Under the pieces are notes generated by a model. The model was not told where the DNA came from. It searched no databases and worked only from the letters and a program-made list of their open reading frames with translations. Both the position numbers and the translations under genes were made by a program. From the NCBI GenBank assembly GCA_046563655.1, contig CM102289.1, positions 5,394,001 through 5,458,000 of the forward strand: a stretch of 64,000 bases of DNA, in the 5' to 3' direction. Positions 25,360 to 37,600 of the stretch are shown piece after piece. Origin of the DNA: Yuukianura sp. NJ FZ-2021. Lineage: Eukaryota. Numbering within the stretch: position 1 is the stretch's first letter; the number at the start of each line of letters is the position of its first letter.

Positions 25360-28300
25360 TCTTTCTCCACGTTTTAAATTTTTACAAAAAATTTGTTATC
25401 AAAATCACATCTTTGTAAGCACGATTACTTGATGCTCTTTTGCAAACTAATGACGCCTCACGACTTGTGCTTAATCAAGGACCAACAAAAGTTTCAATTT
25501 CGCGTAGAAGATGATGTTTCTCACTCCTCTTCCAAAGAATCAAAGATCTTTTCAAAAGATTAAGTAACATTTTTGAAAGGGAAAAGATGCAGGTTTTGCC
25601 TCGGGGCGGAGGATGCAAAAAATGAAGATGTTTTGTTATTTGTAGTGTTGCATAACTTACTCATGTCTTTTGCTTTGACCGCATTTGCATTCCATTCAGC
25701 CTCCTCTTCAAGGTCAACTCGTATTTTCCTATTGACGAAGAACTAAAAATAAAAGGCCAAGGAGGAAATAACTACGCACCAAACGTCCGCTCTCGCCAAA
25801 ATTATATTTTAATTTCGAAAGTAATTTTGTAATTGCTTGTAATTTGCTTTATTGTTGCGACAGCTAACTTAAAACCTACGCAACACTTAACCTAAAACCT
25901 AATGTACAAAGTAACTTAATTGATGGAAAAGTTGGGTTAAACTTAATGTTTAGGTTTACATTTGAGTTTTGCTTGTTCTGTGCCATTTTTTGAAAGATGA
26001 AATGTAACATGAGTAATAATAGAAGGCGAAATAGATTTGAAGCTATCCCGAGAGACTTTGTATGGCAGAAATGGGTGGTATAAATAAGAAAAATGCGCGG
26101 AAAAGTTTAAATTTTTGAAATTTTTGGTTAAAGTTTTAGAATTGTGACTTATGAGAGAGGTCAGCAGGAGTCAGTAGTTTGCTTTCCCTTGGAGGAATGT
26201 CCTTGTTTGTGATCCTGGTCCTTAGAAGAAGGTGGTCAATATCTTCAATAATAAAGTCGAGAGTGGTTCTGTTGTTGGTGGGGCAGAAGGATCCTCCACA
26301 AACACTTTCTTCCGTCGACCGAACAAAGTTCAACTTCCAATTTTCCCTCTTTTTTCCATTTGTACAAAAAAGTCCTTCCAGCTCCTTGGCTCCATTTCGT
26401 TTTCTTTCAGTCGAGCGGATACACACACAGACTGGCCACTGGAGAAAGTCCACTTCAACAGTAGGAGAAGCTGAGTGTAGAAGGCAAAATGAACTTTAGC
26501 GCCATTTTTGTTTTCGTGAAGCTCCCAACTTTTTTCTGGCTTTCCCTCTTGAGTTCTTGGTGTTTTGTTTGCAGTTACCCGGCTATTTTGTCAACATTGT
26601 CCTTAAAAAGGAAATCCTAATCTCGACCTCGGGACAAAAGTCCAATTGGAAAGGTTCTGTCGACCTAAAGAAAAGGGCGGGAAAAACCCGAGAACTGTTC
26701 AATTCGTAAAGGATTTATGAGCGTTCAGCAATCACCGGAAAGCAGTGGAGTGCAAATCCCTATGCTTAGAAATGAAAAAAAACGTAAACAGAAAGGAAGA
26801 ACTGCCAAGTTGCTCTAAAAATTTACTTTTCTAGTGTATCAAACTTAAAAAAATGTAATACATTTTAAAGTGTCAAAAAATACATCTGTTGTATAACAGA
26901 AAAGAAATGGGGTTGAGAATTTGTTTAAAAATGATAAATTTTGAAAAAAAAAACTTGAATCTTTTTTTGAAAAATTTTTTTGGTCCAACAATTTTTCCGT
27001 TTTCTATTAACTTTGTCATGGCCTGAGGCTGAAGTGAAAGTCAAAGTTGTTGAAACGGAAAGTGAAAGTCGAGGACAACTTTGCGTCAAGATTTGGAGAC
27101 TGGGCACTTGAGGCGACATGAGCCTAAACTCGACCATGTCAATGTCGCCGGCGACATGTCGTGAAGCCGGGGATTCCTTTGAAGAGCTAGTGCTTGAACG
27201 AGATTTTGAACGAGGGCGGGCGGCAGCTGGTGGTGACTGGGGCAGAATGAGATTTTGGTTGAACTTAAAGAATACAAAATTGACCTCGTTTCCGCCCTTT
27301 TATTACTTTGAGTTACCCGACATAGTGAACATTTCGTACACTTTAGTTTGTCTAGTATACTGAAGACTCTGGCGAAGCAGAAATTGACTTCCGCCAAAAA
27401 CTTGTGAGATTTGAATCTCGGTTTAGCGCACCATTTTCTGGTGTCAAAATTCAAAATAAGGGGAAAGCGGGGTTTCGGCCCGGAAGGAAACCCACATCAT
27501 AAAATATGAAACAATTTTGTTGTAATGACTTACTTTTATGACATCATTTCAACACTTAAAAAAGTGTTTCAACTAAATTTGAAAAACTCTTTTTTAAATT
27601 AAACCCTTGTCATAAAATTACTTTAAAAAATTACTGCCAAAAAGGAAATGGGTCTCGAGATTGCAGAGCTTGTAATGTTCAAAGAAAAATTGTCTGAGTC
27701 CAGTCCAATTTTGTTAATACTAAATTGTAATTTTTCAAAATTCTTCCCTTCTGTTCAGAACAATTTCTGTATGTTCAAAAATTTCCAATCTCCTCTTGTA
27801 CTTCTACAGAGCGAAAGTTTAAGCCTTTAACCACTTTTCATTTCGTGAAGGTTTAAGGATAATACGGGAATCAAGGAAGTCCATTTATTCACTTCTGACT
27901 TTCAGAAATGGACCAACGAGGGGGAAGTAACTTTTGCACAAACTTTACAAACAGAACAACTTCCTTCAAAAGCCCCGCCGCTCCTGACTCATTTTGTACT
28001 GCAAGTTGCCGCCTATTCTTCGCGACGCCAAGGAACCGTGTACAGCATTACAACGGAACAGAGTCATTCATCTCCCTGGATTATTGGAGCGTCTTAATAA
28101 GGTAGCAACTCCTCAATCCTACACTTAGAACTCAAAAGGACAACTACAACAAAATACGACTTTCACTTTTGTCATTCTACCACGACTTAGGCATAAGTTA
28201 CAAATTTAGTACGTCAAAAAAATCACGGTCGCTAAGTTATGAATGTACACGTGAGTTTTGTTTTTAAATATTTTTATAGGAAAAAGTTTTACGTAAGTGC

Positions 28301-31300
28301 GTTGGAGCTTCAAATTATAAAAAATAGAAATTTATGATGAGTTGATGGCTAACGTGAGATTTCTTGCAGATGACTTGTGCAAAAGAGTTTTTACATAAAT
28401 ACAAAACCAAATCTTCATATAGTGGATTCGAGATATTGAAATGGCGTGTAAAAAGTTTTCACCCCCTTAAAAGAAAAGACTTGTATGATATATTCGATGT
28501 AAAGTTGTAACGAATGCTCCGTGTGAATGAAATGGCGATGTTAAGTGAAAGTGGTGTGAGAGTTTCTTTTACTTTTGACTTTCTGGCCTAGTTGTGTAGG
28601 AAAACAGGAAGTTAACAAAGTGCAATTAATTCTTGACAGATGAATGAATGGAGGCAGCAGCAGAAGTAAGAAGAAGAAATTCACCATAGTTTCAGCCGTT
28701 CTTAACTTTCCCAAAGCCCTCAGCTTTCTCTTTTAGTTCTGGAGCATTATAGCATGAATTCTCCACCGCACCAATCCAGTGTCTCCCTGTGCTGGTTAGA
28801 AAGGAATTTATATTATTGTTCTCCCAATGCCACCCTCAAAAAAGCAAGGCCCACGAAGAAAGCATTCGGAAGAAAGTATTCCAAAGTGCAGGAGAAAGTT
28901 CATTTCATCCAATTCCCAATCCAATTTCTACTCAATTCATTAGGGTTTTAGATCCTTTCGAACTTTCAGTACAGAAGAAAATAGTAGAAACCTTTAGGGA
29001 AACCTACCCTAGTCTTAACTCCTATTTTTCTCATCATCAAAATCTTCTAATCATGCTTTTATGAGACCTAAGCCCGCTAGCATCTAAGGCGCAGAGATGG
29101 GCCAAAATCCACTTTTTTCTTTGCCCAACTCTGCAAAATACAAAAAATGGAAGTGGAGCTGCTAGGATTACTTTCACCACTTTCTGATTTAATTGGATTT
29201 TTCTCCTCAATTGGAAGAAGGTGAATCTCCTTTCTCCACTTTTAGAAAAAACAGACTTTTGAAAAGAGAATTTTAAATTTGGAAAACGAGTTTCCAGATT
29301 CTATTATTCTAACAAATGTATCACAATATTAGACATAGAAAATGCGTACTTTCACATTTGCCCATGTGTGAATTTATGCTAAATGAGTTTTTGTTCCGAG
29401 AAAGTGGAAAGCCTCCAGGAGAAATCGGCGGGGAATTGGAATAGAGCCTAATGCTTTCCAATCCATCTTTGGAACGGAGGGTTGGCCTGGCGGTTCCTAA
29501 TGAGAATTTGAACTGAACTTTCACCCGCCAAGTTTTTCATTTGAGTTTTGCAGTATATCAGAGGAGTAGTAGGTCTTCAGCAGAGTCCTTCACTCTGGAA
29601 CCCATTGTTTTTCTGGAAGGACTCGTTGGAGTGACTGGTGGCAGAGATGGGAAAAAGAAAGGCTTGAAGAGACACTTGAGACATCTGAGGCATTGAAATC
29701 TCATTTCTCCCCATTACTTTCAAGAGGAAGCGCAAAAGACAGCTCAATTATCCCAAAAGAAATCAAAGACAAAAATCAAATCTTCCCGCCATTTTCTCCA
29801 TCGCTTCAAAGCACACTATACTCATCCAGCAACTACTTTTAGATTTTCTTAGAATCTCGTTCTCTCTGAATAGATTTTTAGATGGAAATTGAAATTACGT
29901 GCCTTGTAAATCTAAATCTCTTTGAACAATTTCCAACTTCAGGCGCCAGAAGAGTTGAATTTGCGGAAAAATTTAAATTCTTAGGCTAAAGTATTTTTTC
30001 CACCCACTCGTCTGGGTCATCTACTGAAAAACAAGCTGAAGTAAACGAATGTGTGGGCGGTAGCTAAGTGATGAAAAGGTTGTCAGGTTGGGTTAATAAC
30101 CTGAAGCAATTAGGTTAATAACCTAATGTAAATTAGGTTTACAACGTGAAAGTTTGTCTTGGAACTAACTTTTGTTCTTCCGCTTCTGTTTCCAGGAAGA
30201 TCATAAAAATCCTGGCATCCAAAGATGAGTCAATATTCAACAGACATCGTAAAGGAATCAGACACACTCTCAAAAGTTGTTTAATAAAGGATTTTACTTT
30301 ATTAAAACAATGGCTATTACACAGTTTAAACTTCCGCGCCGAAACCAGAAAATTAGCGCGCTTTTCAAAATTCCAACTTTCCAAAAACTTTGTTTCAAAA
30401 CTTTCCGCTCTCCAATCCCGCCTCGTCGTAGCCACTAAACCTCATTTTCCAAAATTGTTGACTAAAAACTTACTGTTTCCTTTCAAGATAGGCAGAGAAG
30501 CACTAAAAAGTGCACAGAAGATGCATTTGATAAAGTCCAGGAGAAAGTTAATTTTCATATTTGGGAAAACCAAGTGGAACCACCAAAATTGCCTACATTT
30601 TACGACTACTAAAAAGGCGGTAAAAGTTCAAGCTCTCCATGCATATTTCCTGTTTTGGTTCGGTTGATGCAAAAGTTGATGAGTTGTAGCGTCTCTTTGC
30701 GGGTCTTTGGGTAGTGCCGCATCTTCTCTAAAAAGAAAACAAGAAAGAAAGCAAACTTTCACTTTTACACATGTTTTTGTCCGTACATTTTCCCATCTTC
30801 AGAAGGTTCGTTTTTTGAGTAAGTAATAAATCTCTTGAGATTATAAACCACGTTGTCATGTCTCTCTTGTTTTGGAGGAAAAGTGGCGGGAGACACTGAA
30901 AGTGTTTCTTGGCACAAGAGCTTTCAGCTTTCTTTTCAAATCTCCTGGCATTGTTTTTCTTACTTGAAAACTAAGCCAGTTTACATAAGGTTCTGTGAAT
31001 GGAAAGGAGAAAGTGGATGAGCTTTCCTAAACAAAATATTCCGCAGGGAGTTGAAACTACTTTGAATTTTTTATGCTCATTGTGAATTTTTTATGCTAAA
31101 GTAAGGCTGAAGTTGTTTTGTATCCATTTGGGTCAGGTTGAAAATGAATAAAATGGTTCCTGGATCTGTTAGATCCTATCGTTAGAATTGAATAATTGAT
31201 CAAAATCTGCTCTTAGAAAGTCGGGATTGTGACCACAGGAAGAGGTTTGCCTTAAGCTCAACATCTTTACATTACCTCAGCCTTCATAAAACTAAGGGGA

Positions 31301-31470
31301 GAAGAAAGTGGAAGTTAAAGACGGAAATTAAATTTTATTTCTTGTCTACTTTCACTTTCTCTACTGCGCTAATTTCTCAGGTTTCTTTCAGTCTATTTCA
31401 GTCAAGGTCATAGTTGACTCAATTCTATTTATACAAAATATTAACGCACATTAAATTGTCTATAGACATT

Positions 31471-31500
31471 AAATGATAGACATTAAAATGTCTATCATTT
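31471..31500. repeat. Perfect 14-bp inverted repeat with a 2-nt spacer
   Basis: AAATGATAGACATT-AA-AATGTCTATCATTT, preceded by the palindrome TGTCTATAGACA. Confidence 0.85.
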
Positions 31501-32839
31501 TAGTTGTCAGCAAATTTCAGTTAATTCATTTTTTATTTAAATTTTCCCAACAATAATTTCAATGTTTTTTTTTTTTTTGCGAATAGAACTCCAAATTAGA
31601 ACTCCTTTTCTAACACATGATAATTTTTCCAAAAAGAAAATTGAAATAATTATCAATGGGGCATCAAAGACTGAAAAGCATTGTACAACTAAAGCAGCGT
31701 AGCATACGACAAGCTTAAAGAAACGTTATAAAAAAAAAGTCGGAAAAATTGTACAAAATTTGCCTAAACCTAGCATATTATCTCCAATTTCTTGACATTT
31801 TCCTCTACTTTCTCCCTTAAGTACTAAAGTGAGTAGCAAGAAACATATTGTTTACGGTTGTCGTTTCGTGAGATTTATTGTGAGGAATTGAAGTCTTTTT
31901 CACTATAAATGACAATAGTTGGGCAACAAAGTTTTTCTCTTTTGGCACAAGATAAGAAATTGTCTATTTCAGTTGCTCTAAAAGTTTGTTCATAAATGAC
32001 TTTCTTGTTTCTCTCATTTCTTCAGTATTGTTGGAATGTTTAGGATGGAGAGGTAGATGTTCCAGAAGTGGTTTTTGTTTCTAATAGACTCATGGAAATG
32101 ACTTATAGTACAACTCAAGTAGAGATGGGCATCGGCAGGAGGAAGATTCCCATCTCCTTCAGTCTTTCAAAGACAAAAACTCCCGCTTTTTGGAATACTT
32201 TCACCCAAAATGTGTTCTTGCCTGTGCTGAGTTCAGAGCGTTCCGAAGAGGATATCGTCGAAGTTTGGTACTTTGGACTTTGAAAGTTGGCAATGTCATT
32301 CCACGGCAATTTACCAAGGGTCCCGCCACATAAATTCAAAGGGACAAGAACCCTTAATCCACTCTACTCCACACTTGGTCTCGGCAACTTCCATCTCTCC
32401 CTCTAAACACAAAATTGCATACCCGCCAAAATTTAAATCATAGAAAACAACAACTTTTTCTACTTTTCAAAATAGAAGTTCTCAATACATGAAACTTTTT
32501 GGTTTAAAAGATTCCACGCCACTTTCATATTTTTGTTGTTTTGATATTTAAAAAAAACGAGTGTCCTACTCCTTTTTTAACCTGTGTTCAATTTTTGTGT
32601 TGTCGGTTTAAAAATTCCAAGACTTACTTTTACTTAATGTTCATTTTATACAAAAACTTTTTTTTAAAGTTTCCCTCTTCCTGAACTCACTTCCACTTAG
32701 AGTGAAAAGTGTTGAAAAGTTGTTAGGGAGGCTTGACACGTTTGTTAGTGAAAAAGAGACATGGTGACAGGGGTCCCCTCATGAAGAATTACCAACCTGA
32801 ACTAGCTTTTCTTGTGTAAACACTTTTTCACTTTCACGA

Positions 32840-34690
32840 TGACCTTTGACCTAAATTTTAAGCTTTGACAGATGAAAAAGAAAGCCTTGAGGGAATTGGT
32901 TTAAAAATAAAATTGGAAAGTGGAAATGAAACCGCTGCTTTTTGAAATCGAGCCTTTCTGCTTGACCGACCCGCAAAAACCCGAATTTTGAAAAAATACG
33001 TTTTTATCCAAAACCAAAAGATTTCGTTTTTTCTCTGTTTTCTTGAATGTGAAGGTGGAAATTTTTGAAAAATTGCCAACAAGGGGGTTGTTAGAGAAGG
33101 TTTCCTTTTCCTTTTCACCTTTACTCACTTTCTTGGCTCCGTGACAAGTTCCAGAGGGGAGAAAGCCAGTAAAAGTCACTTTCTGTTCCATCAACGAAGA
33201 GAAGAAGGCGCGGGAAACAACGGAACCTGAACCTAAAAAAATCAAAATTTTCTCGTTTCCTTTAATGCTTTTCTTGTCTCCCCATCCTATTTCGGTTGCT
33301 TTTTCCCTTTTTCCGCTGATGAGATTCGTCGCGGCATAACTTTACCGCCAATTCCATCTTCTTTTTCAATAACAAAATTCAAATTTCCTGGCGGAAAAAG
33401 TATTAACCGTAAACACTACAAAATTTGGAATTATGTACCAAATTAGATCAGGTATTACAGTATACCCAAAAAAACAAAAATATAAAAATTGGCCTTACCT
33501 AAATTTTAATTTATGAATGAAATTCAAGCGTGCCTTGTTTTAAAGTCCTCTGCTTTAGGTTCCAGTTTTGAAATTTTTATTTATAAGCTAATAATATGTT
33601 GTTGTTATGCTAATGGACGAGGAAACACTCAGCAGATTTATTTGGTACATAAGTTTATGTTTAGCATAGTTATATCATTAATCAGTTTTGCGTTTTTTAC
33701 TTTTCGCAATTTCCGGTGTATTAGGAGAAAGCGACGCTACACTTTTGGTTTGACTAAAAGCTCCAAAACTCTGTGACTCAGCACACACAGTCACCCACGA
33801 GTTCAACCACAGTTTGTCAAATTTTTGAGACTTTTTCTGTGGATTAGGCTAGATAGAAAAAGTGGAACAAAATTTTGTTTGGTTTGCCATTTCCGTATGT
33901 CCGAAAGACTCAAAAAGTTATTTAGAAATGATTCGTCAGCAAATGTTGCCAAAGTAAAATTTGGGAGCCGGGCATGACGAAAATGCTCCAGCTTCACCCT
34001 CATACTTTCTTTCCTGAGAAGTTGAGAATCTTTGATCCCAGGATTTGATATCCACAAAATAATTTATAGAGACAAGGCTGTCTGTTCATAAAGTAAATTT
34101 TTTCCTGTGTTCAAAATCAAGAAGGAGTAGTGAGGTCATAGGTCATAAACCCAAAAACGACTAAAAGTTATCTTACATACAGAAAAAAAAATCGAAAATT
34201 TGAAGAAAAAATCTTTCGCTGGGTCTCTCTTTTGCTACAAAATTTTTTTGTGTCACTATGTGGAAGTGAAAGTTAATTAGATTTGAAGGATGGAAAAGCC
34301 CAACTCTGGAAGGCTCTTCCCAGTTCGTTTTCCGCTTCCTAGCACAAAATGTTTATCCAGAAAATCCAATGGAAGACAGGGAACGATATTTCATTCTGCG
34401 GCGCGGTGGTGTGGTGCGAGGAGGCTTTGCGAGCGCCAAATTCAAACGCTCTTGGACACACAAAGACGAAAGAAGCGGAACCATCTCTGCACCAAGGACC
34501 GTGCAGAAACTTATTGACTGAGTTTCCGACCCGATAAACTCCGCGTGGATAGCTTCCGGTCGTCGTTAAAGTCAGCCTTCCACCACCGCGGGTTTCATCC
34601 GCCAGCTGCTGGGACTTTTAGTCCTACTTGGATGCCCAACTCTGAAAAGCTGGCGTAACTACACGTGACCTTTGACCGGATCATTGACCT
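32840..34690. promoter_or_regulatory. Cluster of candidate nuclear-receptor response elements (three DR1, one IR1)
   Basis: TGACCTTTGACCT (32840), AGGTCATAGGTCA (34133), TGACCTTTGACCG (34666) and the adjoining GGATCATTGACCT (34678-34690). Confidence 0.45.
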
Positions 34691-37600
34691 CCAGCATTAT
34701 GCATGCAGCCAAATACCTCGACTTCTCAAACACCTTCATTTTCTCCAAATTAAGTTTCGACTAAAAAATTTCAACCTCCGCTGCCTTGTTTGCAAAGATG
34801 TCAAACATAGTTAATCTCCAGACGCCCCTAATGTTAATAAAATAATATTTGTGGGTTTTTTGTTGCTAAATATTCATTTATTTACCCATGCCCTTAATCT
34901 TAAATTAAAACACACATTTGCGCGATTTAAAAAAAAATATATATATTTCTTTAACCAATATTTTGTCCCTTTTTAGCACATATTTTTGACAGACCTGCTT
35001 ATCTGGAATCAGTTTTTCCGGAATCATATTTTTTTCAAAACCGTTTTTTAAACAAGAAAAACGGTCGGATTTCAAAAAAAGTTTGAACAAAAAGGAAAGC
35101 CGTTAAGCATAGTTTGGAGCGGTTAAAATGAAATTGACCTTTGATATTTCACTTAGGTTTCTCTTGGACGACTGTGGCCGCGGTTTGGAGCAGTTGCAGA
35201 TCGAAGTGCCCAACCGTGCAAATGGCGCCCAAGTACTTTTTTGGGTTCCATTTCTTTGGGTTTCCACTCAAACATGGGCAAATATGGCAATTTACTTTGG
35301 GGGAAGAGCCCATTTACTGTGTCTCGTAGAGAAATACAGATTTTCTTTCGTTTTTTAGAGAAAAAAAACTGCAGCTTATTTCATCCTTTTCGAGGCGTAG
35401 AAGACTACAACTCAACGCCAAAAAAATGAAATTACTTTCACCCGCCAAAATGTTCCAAACTTTCTCTTTCACCTGAAAAACAACAAAACACTTGACAGCA
35501 CAACGCTCGTGCTAACTGCACAAAAATAGACACAAATGAAGATTGAAGTTACAATTGACTTAACCTTATGGTGGGATAAATATGGCCAAAAATAAATAAA
35601 TAATTTCGACCATAAAATGTATTATTTAGACCTGGAAAGTGTGTAAAAACATTGTAGTGACGACTGATGTTGTAGTTTTGGAAAATTGGATTTGTGTTTT
35701 GTAATTGTTGAGGAAGAGGATGCACTTAGGACTCTTAGCAAAGTGTTAAGTGAACATAATTGGAGCTGGTGATCGTGCGGAGTTGGGCAGGGATTCAGAG
35801 TTGGTCGTTAGGAGAGTTGACCTCTTGGACTTATTTATGATTCATGGCCAGTCTCCCTCTGCCATACTAAACCAAAGGGAGTTTGAACTGCAAACAAAAA
35901 ACAATGGAGAAAAGTCGCACAAGTGAAGAAAGCAGGAAATGCATGCTTGGAATCCTTATGTGACTTTTTTGCAGATGCCCATGTGCGTTAGCCAACCCCA
36001 TTCATTTTCGCATACTTATCTTCCTCCCTCTAAACCTACTTTCCCACCAATATTTTATAGTCCGAAACGTGCCAGAATTTCCTAGTAATTTTTTTCCGCT
36101 GCTCATGTGCTTTACTACTCTCAAAAAATCCAATTTGATTTCTATTTTCAGCAATTATGTTGAAATTCTTCAAGTTATTTTTACAATTATATAAAGTGTT
36201 GGTTTATTAAATGTACACTACTCCCATTGCTCATTGCTTCTCCTTATGGTTTTGGTAAAGTTGGATTTGATAAAAGCTTGATAGAACTTTACATCATAAA
36301 ATTGCAAATCCGATTTAAAACATGGCGGGGAAAAACTTACGAAAAAAAAGAAAATGAATTTGAACAATTTTTGGTTCAGCTCTACCATTTCACATGAGAA
36401 AGTGGCGGATCACTTTCACTACTTTCTGTTTGCATACAAAAAGCACTTGGTAGGCTGGAAATGAGTAAAAAGAAACCGGGAGTTTTTATAAAAAAAATAT
36501 AAGAAGATAGTTTTTGGTGGTATGAAGAATGAAGTGCTTTCAGAGAAGAGCTCAAGGGAGAAATTTCAGGAGCCATCCGAGCATAAAAATCAGAATTTGT
36601 CAGGGAAAAAGGAAGCAACTCTTTTTCCCAAATTGAAAAATAGTGAAAGTTTATGGCATCTCCCTCTGCTCCGCACTTTCTCATCTGCCCTCATGCATCA
36701 CTGCGATGAACGGAGAAGGGAGGAAGTTGACAGTTTTTAAGTTTTAAAGAGAATGAAGTGACCCAGATTTTGTAAGATTGTGGAGGCTAATGAATGAGCA
36801 GGTTGATGATTTGTGTGATTGATTAAAATTGTAAAATGGGAACTACTCTCTTAATAGACGCGTAGAGGCAAGATGGAGGGAGTCCAATCTCCAAGATTGT
36901 TTTTGTGGACGTCAATTGATGGGCATGCCAAATGCATGTGGAGTGTAACAGATGTCAGGGCTGGAGACTAAAGTGACAGAGAATGAGGGACGGTGAGGCG
37001 GAGTGAAGGGCCGAAGGGGCCTCAGCACAAGCCTTTGACTTCCGCAAAGTCCCTTCCAGCCTTTCATGGCGTTACTACCATCAAGACAAAATGGGAAAGT
37101 GGAGAAGCGTAACTTTGGATGAAGGCAAGGCAGGAGAAAGCGTCAGAGTTCGAACGATGACACGGTTCGGTTCGAAACGGGTATTTTTTAATGGCTATAA
37201 TGACTCAGTTAGAAACAAAACAAAACTTTTTAATCTAAAACCGCAATCGTCAGTTCCTGCCAAAATCTATTTGAAGGTGAACCATAACGCTGAAAACCAA
37301 AACGTTGGCGTTATTTTTTGGACTATAAGCTTTCAGAGACTTGAAAGTTTTTTTTTGTGTCTTTCCTCATTTACGGTCGGTTTCTGAAGCAGTTGTCGGT
37401 AAAGTACCGACTGGGAGATGAAGTCGTTCCGCGTTGCGACAGTGTGGAACTGTGTGACTGAGAAGTAGTAGCTTGGAGGAGAGAAGGAGGGGAATCGTAA
37501 ATTGGCATCGGAGACTCGGAAGAGCATCATTCTTTATTTTGTTCATCCTACTTGAGGAACAGTTCGAACATCTCCGCCCGCCCAGATTCTACTCAAGTAC

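Noticed and set aside
27118..27363. 81-aa ORF MSLNSTMSMSPATCREAG...
   Set aside because: No recognisable domain, no convincing splice donor and no partner exon.
30146..30667. 173-aa ORF, the longest in the gene-poor region
   Set aside because: Non-ATG start, K/F/L-rich composition typical of AT-rich non-coding DNA, and no motifs.
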